NCBI RefSeq assembly: GCF_009914755.1
Contig: NC_060947.1
Strand: one strand, 5' to 3'
Origin: the human T2T-CHM13v2.0 reference genome, Homo sapiens
Length of the DNA: 64,000 nt
In this document: piece after piece, positions 49,591 to 64,000 of the stretch
Layout of the letters: the number at the start of each line of letters is the position of its first letter
Position numbering within the stretch: position 1 is the first letter of the stretch
Notes under the pieces: generated by a model
Database searches by the model: none
The model's input: only the letters and a program-made list of their open reading frames with translations
What the model was told of the DNA's origin: nothing
Made by a program: the position numbers and the translations under genes

Positions 49591-51079
49591 ATTAAAATTT
49601 GAATTTCAAATAACCCAACATGACTTTCAACAAAGGATAAAAATCCCTTAATCTTCAACTGGTCTTTAAATTTGAGATGTTAGGACTGTGTTAGAGATAG
49701 TAATGAAATATGATCAAGTGTGCACTGGTACCTTAAATGACAAATCTCAAAAACAACACAAATTCGAGACTTTCCTATTAACACACACATGTGTACCAAC
49801 TGCAATTCATATGCTAAAAGTGGTTTTATAGTCTCTTTCCTCCATTTTTTCATTTTTGAGGAGCAGACTTGTAAATTTAACTTGTGCTAGGTAGTAGTGG
49901 TTTGTTTTTCTTAAACCAAAACTCTGCCAAACTTGCTGATCTTCTGCTTCATCTACTCAGGTAGAATACCAGGTCAAGCTGCTGCTGTGGCTGCTCTCAC
50001 CATATGAAACCAGTTTGTGTCTGCATTATTACTGTCTTCAGGAAAACTTTAAATTCTTCAGTTTTCTTTACTCCTCCCATATTTCACTTCCTGCCTAAAT
50101 CCAAGTTAAATTATACAATTTCCACTGGTCTTCAACACGGTTTAATTCTGCACTGTCCTTTCCTTTGCATGTCACAGTAGCTGTTCACACATTAAATATT
50201 ATAGATATGTTCTGCTCTTGACATCTACACACTTACAAAAGCAGCTTTGTACTTTGTTTGGTGTGTTTGTTACTATGTTGGCTCACAAAAAGCAGTTTTC
50301 TCAGTTCTAAGCATGGTACTTTACAATTTTTAATGCATTCATACAACAGTGCATTGGAAAAGTACTGAGCCTCTACAAAATAGCTTTACATTTTTAAACA
50401 AATGAATGTGATTTTTTTTCACTTACACAAGCATAGGCTTTTTAATATTTCCACAAGATAAATATCTCAATTAAACTATAAGCTCACTCTACAGTGTGCC
50501 ACAGTGATGGGCTTAGGAGACAGTTATACACTTAGAAGATCCTAACCTTAGTGTTATTTACACTGACATGTCCAGTATCACCAAGTCTGAAAGGTGAACA
50601 AACAATACTCAGAATGTGGCTGAATTTGTGTTAACTAATAACTGGGAATGATATAGCTTTAATCACTTATGAAACACATACTGTAACTTAGTCTAAACTG
50701 GTAATTTCCTTTGCTCCTCTCTTATGGTGTGGGAAAATTTAAAGATCAACATGAAAAAGGAGCCATTGCTAAGGCAGATCTTTTAAGATAACAAAGGAAA
50801 AATTGACAAGTGTATATGATAAATTATCAGTAACAGTGATGCTACCAATTTAACTGGTACGGAAATCAGATTTTTAGGTCCTATAACGTGGCTTTTAAAA
50901 TATTTCCTTTTATTCTGGAACAAAAACTGGAGAAAGGACAATGATTCCTTCAGAAAGCAATGACTCAATTCAGGTTGTTACTTTACATTTAAGTACCACT
51001 CAAAAAGTGGACATAAAAGCAAGTGATTCCTGTTTGCCCATCACTATATCAGCTACATAGCTGAGAGTTCAGATCTTAA

Positions 51080-52705
<1,626 letters not shown>

Positions 52706-53419
52706 TCAAAACAAAGGAGGGGGAGAGGGAGAAAAAGGAACTACTAAAATGAGGACAATCATATAAGTGCTCTGAAACTCTGCATTAAATAACTTAAAAA
52801 TTCGGAACACATTTCATAATTACAGATTTTTACAAACTATACTGCATAAATTTATAAGGTAAGAAAATTCTAATTCCATTTGAAAAGAGCAAGCTACACT
52901 AGAGAAATTTAGAGAATTATTTGATTTTTAAAGGGAATCTGGAGGAAGTCTATTTTCAGTATTTTATCATATACAGAGCCAAGCATACCACTGTGGGATG
53001 GTCAGAAGACGTTTTTTCAGTCCTCTGCCAAAATACTAATGTAATCAAACTAGGTAAGGAAACAGTGTTTAACGAACAGTCACATTTAGTTCAAGCTACA
53101 TTTCTGTCAAATTTTTATTAGTCTACATACTGTGCCTTTGATAACATTTGAGGTTGTTTTAAAATACAGGACTATTTATTGTAGCCATAAGAAAAATACA
53201 AACAAGATTTATAGGTTTAAAAGCATTTGAATATTTCTTAATGTTACCAAGGTTTTCAATGGACATGAAGTTAAAGATCAGATCAAATAAGTAGTCTGAA
53301 CCTTGCATAGCACATATAATGGCATGTTCAAGAACCAAATTATTATCGTAGCCTCTCAGGTTGCACAATCAAAATCCCTACTTGACACTGGGAGGGAAAC
53401 ACCAGACCTGAGGTTAGAG

Positions 53420-53600
53420 CAGGATTTCTCAACAGTGGTACTACTGACATTTTAAGCCAGTTAATTCTGTGTCATGGGGGCTGTGTTGTGCATTATGGCA
53501 TGTCAGGATGTTTGGCAGCATTCCTGCCCTCTACACAAATGTCTCCAGACGTTGCTAATGTCCCACATGGGGCAAAATTATATCTCATTAGGAACCACTG
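53420..53600. mobile_element. MER20 hAT MITE
   Basis: caggatttctcaac...ggaaccactg termini. Confidence 0.75.
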
Positions 53601-53916
53601 GGTTTAGACATTTCTTTTTGCTGGTGAAGAAGTCACATGTTTATAAAGAAGGAATTAAGTAGGAATAAATTTCAATGGAGGTGAAAAACAAACAAACAAA
53701 CAAAATCACATTTAAATGGGCCATTTCTCACTGTGTTCCAATTAACATAAACATCTCAAAGGTGAGGTAGAAAAAAAATGCTGACATTCTAAGTATCAAG
53801 AAAATGTCAGTTTTCTTTTTATGAGCAGTTACTTAGCACCAAATTAATTTGTGCCAAATCTGGATAATCTTTGGCTGACATTTACTATTACAAAGTTCCT
53901 ATCATCCCATCGTCTA

Positions 53917-54036
<120 letters not shown>

Positions 54037-54268
54037 TTAACACCACAGGGCAAAGATGACATTAGGGGTATGACAATCAAATACTTTATCAGTGACTCAC
54101 AGTAATCTGACACAAGATGATTAGAAAAAAAATCATATTTTTAAAAGAGAAAACTTTTTCAAACCAAAAAGAAAAACCAAGGAGTAGGTAGGTCCTGGGA
54201 AAAATTCACTTCTTTGGAAACATATTAAAAGCAATTTACAAAGTTCTTTTGCATATAACATCTAACTT

Positions 54269-54690
<422 letters not shown>

Positions 54691-55432
54691 GTAAGTAATT
54701 TTTAAGAATTGCAGCTTTGAGAGGAGGATATTGTTATCTGCATTTTAAAATTAAGAAACAGACTGAGCGACAGACTGGCTTGCCAGGAGCCACACCAAAC
54801 AGCAGGGCCAGAACTCCACCTAAAGCATTCTGATTCAAGCCTGGTATTGTTGGCTAAAAACACACTCCCTCTCTTAAAAGTCATGCTAAAACCTTACCTT
54901 TTAAAATCTAAGCAATTACTCAAAGGTAAGTAGAATTAAACAGAAATGAAGAGGAAGACAGATACTGACTTTTAACTAGGATCAAATGGGACTTAGTGGG
55001 GTAAAAGATAATTAAGCACAAACTTCTAATTGCTATGTTACCCAAGGCTAGCTCTGGAGGATTACAACTGGGACATATTCAGAAAATCAGAGATAACAGA
55101 ATAAGTCTTTCCTAAAAACTAAGTTCCCATTAGCTATTCCACACTCGGATTCTTATCTAGTAAGTTAGATAAAGCTAACTAAGAAAAAAAAGATTTAGCT
55201 CCATTCTTTTCAATTCAGTTCGCTAAAAATTCATAATTCATAAGTTAAAAATCTCTCTGATATAGTGTAATTCCAAACATCAGTAAATATAATCAGGTAA
55301 TAAATACAGCAATAAATGTCATTCCATATCCCCTATGTTAAATAATATTTCATAAGGGCTAAAGAAATGGATTTTTAAAACAGGTTCAAGCATTTTTTTT
55401 TTAAACCAGCAACTTACACTTATAAATCCTTA

Positions 55433-55678
<246 letters not shown>

Positions 55679-55806
55679 TCACTATGTATTCTATACAAGT
55701 TTTAATTATGTGAAAATCCAGAATGTAGGTCTAGAGATGGATTTTCAGACCTCAAATGAAATTTCCTAACAAAAACTCCTGAAAAGCACTGTTATATTAA
55801 GAGTAG

Positions 55807-58838
<3,032 letters not shown>

Positions 58839-59092
58839 TTCTAGGTAATACATAAACTTAGCCAAAAATTCTTGTCATTCACTATTTGTACGAGTTTAAG
58901 GAAACCAGAATATTGGCAGACATTCCACACATACTCATCAATGAACTGCACACTAATAAAAAACAATGGTAGTCAACAATCTAAAATACAGGGAGACTAC
59001 AAACAAAAATGTTCATCCTCTAATTCTTTACCTTACAACCCCAGATTCCCCTTATGTTCCCCACGAACACAACTAAATTCCATGAACATATG

Positions 59093-59440
59093 TGCTACTG
59101 ACCAAATGTTTGTCCCCCTCAAATTCACATGTTGAAATCCTAAATCCCAAGGTGAATATATTAGGAGGTAGGGCCTTTGGTCATAAGGGTGGGGCCCTCA
59201 TGAATGAGATTAACGCTTTTATAAAATAGTCCCCAGAGAGTTCCTTTGTCCTTTTGCCATGTGAGGTTAAAGTGAGAAGACAGCTGTCTATGAGGAATTG
59301 GGCCCTCAACATATATCAAACCTGCTGGCACCCTGATCTTGGATTTTCTAGTCTCCAGAACTGTGAAAGATATGTTTTTGTTGTTTATAAGCCACCCAGT
59401 TTATGATATTCTATTACAGCAGCCTGAACAGACTAGGACA
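59093..59440. mobile_element. MLT1A-like MaLR solo LTR
   Basis: aatgtttgtccccctcaaattcacatgttgaaatcc ... cagcctgaacagactaggaca. Confidence 0.8.
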
Positions 59441-60369
59441 ATACGAAAAAATTTATGGAAAAAGGGTAGTCTATATTGGTACTATGACTTAATCCCACAT
59501 ACACCCACACACAACACCTGAAGTGCCGGAATGTTCACAATTCAATCCTAGAGAGAAAAATAAGTCAAGTCTTACTCCAGATATAAAAACACAAAGAAGC
59601 CTGTCTTGTCAAACCTTGCCTGCTTGCTAAGCCTAAATAAATTTTAGTCTAGACAGAGGCATACCTAGATCTCCACTGTTTTCCTTAGATCATTATTTTT
59701 AGAACTATCCTATCTTGTTTAATTAAGATGAGTATGTCAAGAAATGTGGTGGTGGGGGGGAGATCATAATATTTTTGGAGTTTCTTAATCTCATAACTGA
59801 GATTGCTTAACTGTAATAAGATTATACTACATAAACTTCTGACAAATGGTTACTTTATAATACTTGAAACTTTGACACTAGAAATCACCAGCTTAAATAA
59901 AACACGCACAAAAAACAGGCACTAAAAAAATACAAAACAAAACAAAACAAAAAAAAACCCTGAAAAGGAAGCCAAGTTTTCCCACATGAATCTCAAGTAA
60001 TACAACTTGGTATTAGAAGTGGTAAAGGCAGCCGATTTTTAAAAATATAGAAAAGCACAAAGGAAAAAAAAAGTCAGCCATAATTTCTCAAATTTGCTAA
60101 GAACATTTAACTAATGTTCTTAATAAAGCGGTTAGTAGTTTGAACGCTAATGCATGAAAGTTAAGACAAAATTCACTTGTGTAGGATAGGTAAATTGTTC
60201 TGAAAACAACTGCAGGGTTAAAAGGCTTGAAAAATATAAATCTTCCAAAGAAGGCAAAGATATCTGGTTAAGTTCTGACATTTGAAGGACATGAACCAAA
60301 TAAAAGAGAAAACTCACATGCCAAAGACATTTACAGCAGTGGCACAAACTCTTTAACAATAGTATCGGG

Positions 60370-60680
<311 letters not shown>

Positions 60681-60849
60681 GTTATCAGGGAGGTAAAAGC
60701 CCAGAAGGAACAGAAACTTACAAAAATATGGGAAAGATTTAAAACACTGAATGTGAAGCAAGAAAGGGGTCTTGTACTGAGTATGGAGGGGGGTGTATCA
60801 GGTATATTAACAGAAGACGGAAGAGTCACTCAACTTCCATTTTGTTTCT

Positions 60850-62785
<1,936 letters not shown>

Positions 62786-63467
62786 TAGTGAAGTCTCTTG
62801 GTCTTCTATTCTGGGCTTAGGGTCATAGTAAGCTACATACTCCAGTGACACAAAATTACAACATTTTCTTGGCAACACCAATCCACTTAGGTTACCTCTA
62901 CCCCATACTCCCCTCCCCCAACATACCTTGTGCTTTACCACCGTCACAATGTACTGCTATTCCCCTCAGTCCCCTCTTAGCTTCTCCCTATTTCACCAAC
63001 CCTTAAAGATCCAACGAGATCTTCCCTCCTAAGGAGCTATTACTATCTCAGCTAGCAATTTTTCCATCCATCTCTGCATATAGCACTTGTCTATGCTACT
63101 AGAGTGGCACTTCCTGCCTTCCATAATGTTTTATATTTTTGAAGTGTATGTGTCTTCTCTTCCCAAATAGATTTCTTTTAGGGAACAAACCAGAATTACA
63201 GTCCCTTTAAAACTTCTGCCAAATGCCACTAGCACAATGCCTTGCACATTGTGGATATTTAAATGACTGAAAGAAATCCAATGTGAACACTGAGTTCATT
63301 TCCCTTAGTAATCTCTCTGAAACAGCACAGTCCAAAAGAGATACAATTTGAACCATATATGTAATTTTTCAAAATGCCAAGCAGCTGCACTAAGAGTAAA
63401 AACATGTGAAATTAATCTTAGTAATGTATCTTATTGACTCAACATAATCAAAAAAAATCATTTCAGC

Positions 63468-63768
63468 TGACTGACCACGGTGGCTCATGCCTGTAATCCC
63501 AGCACTTTGGGAGGCCGAGGTGGGCGGATCACAAGGTCAGGAGTTCTGAGACCAGACTGGCCAACATAGTGAAACCCCGTCTCTACTAAAAATACAAAAA
63601 TTAGCCGGACGTGGTAGCAGGCACCCATAGTCCCAGCTACTCCTAGTCAGGAGGTTGAGGCAGGAGAATTGCTTGAACCCAGGAGGCGGAGGTTGCAGTA
63701 AGCTGAGATCAAGCCACTGCACTCCAGCCTGGGCGACAGAGTAGACTCTGTCTCAAAAAAAAAAAAAA
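63468..63768 (+). mobile_element. AluS
   Basis: Consensus; TSD aaaaaaatcatttca. Confidence 0.9.
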
Positions 63769-64000
63769 TCATTTCAACATAAAAAAAAATTTAGATGTTT
63801 TACATTAAAAAATACTGTTTTTGAAACCTGGTGTGTGTTTTACACTTACAGCCTATCACAAGTTGGATGCTAAATTTTCGACAGATAAAATGGAATGTAG
63901 TTCAGCAAAACAATACAGTTGTGTTTAGTGGAAAAACATTTTACACTACTTCAGTTTTTTAAGCTTAAAATAAAAAAAAAACTTAAAATTTCAGTTTCAC

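Overview
Repeat-rich mammalian genomic DNA, almost certainly human Xq13. The only protein-coding gene is RLIM (RNF12, RING-H2 E3 ligase) on the minus strand. It has three coding exons (55450-55618, 53946-54029, 51080-52701; 169+84+1622 = 1875 nt, 624 aa) and a long 3' UTR that probably ends near 44.86 kb. Its promoter and first exon lie beyond the right edge of the window. Just downstream, on the same strand, is a 5'-truncated processed PABPC1 retrocopy that keeps an open MLLE-domain frame and its own poly(A) signal. The rest is intergenic or intronic and packed with transposons: about 45 Alus, a full-length SVA, nested L1/LTR8/MER50/ERV1 relics, a Cheshire-type hAT element, MER2/MER20/MER33 and L3. 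The most unusual non-genic structure is a ~1.3 kb array of a 10-bp unit (5.68-6.99 kb). It reads as a CpG-decayed, near-palindromic TGACCGG repeat sitting between degenerate (TAACCC)n tracts of the same polarity. Other notable signals are a tandem pair of consensus CTCF motifs at 10.1 kb, an RFX X-box at 34.2 kb and AG|GT exon starts in RLIM. Repeat family names are assigned by eye from remembered consensus sequences, and boundaries are approximate unless a TSD or splice site is quoted. I found no clear evidence of a wholly new biological system; the findings are hypotheses to test.
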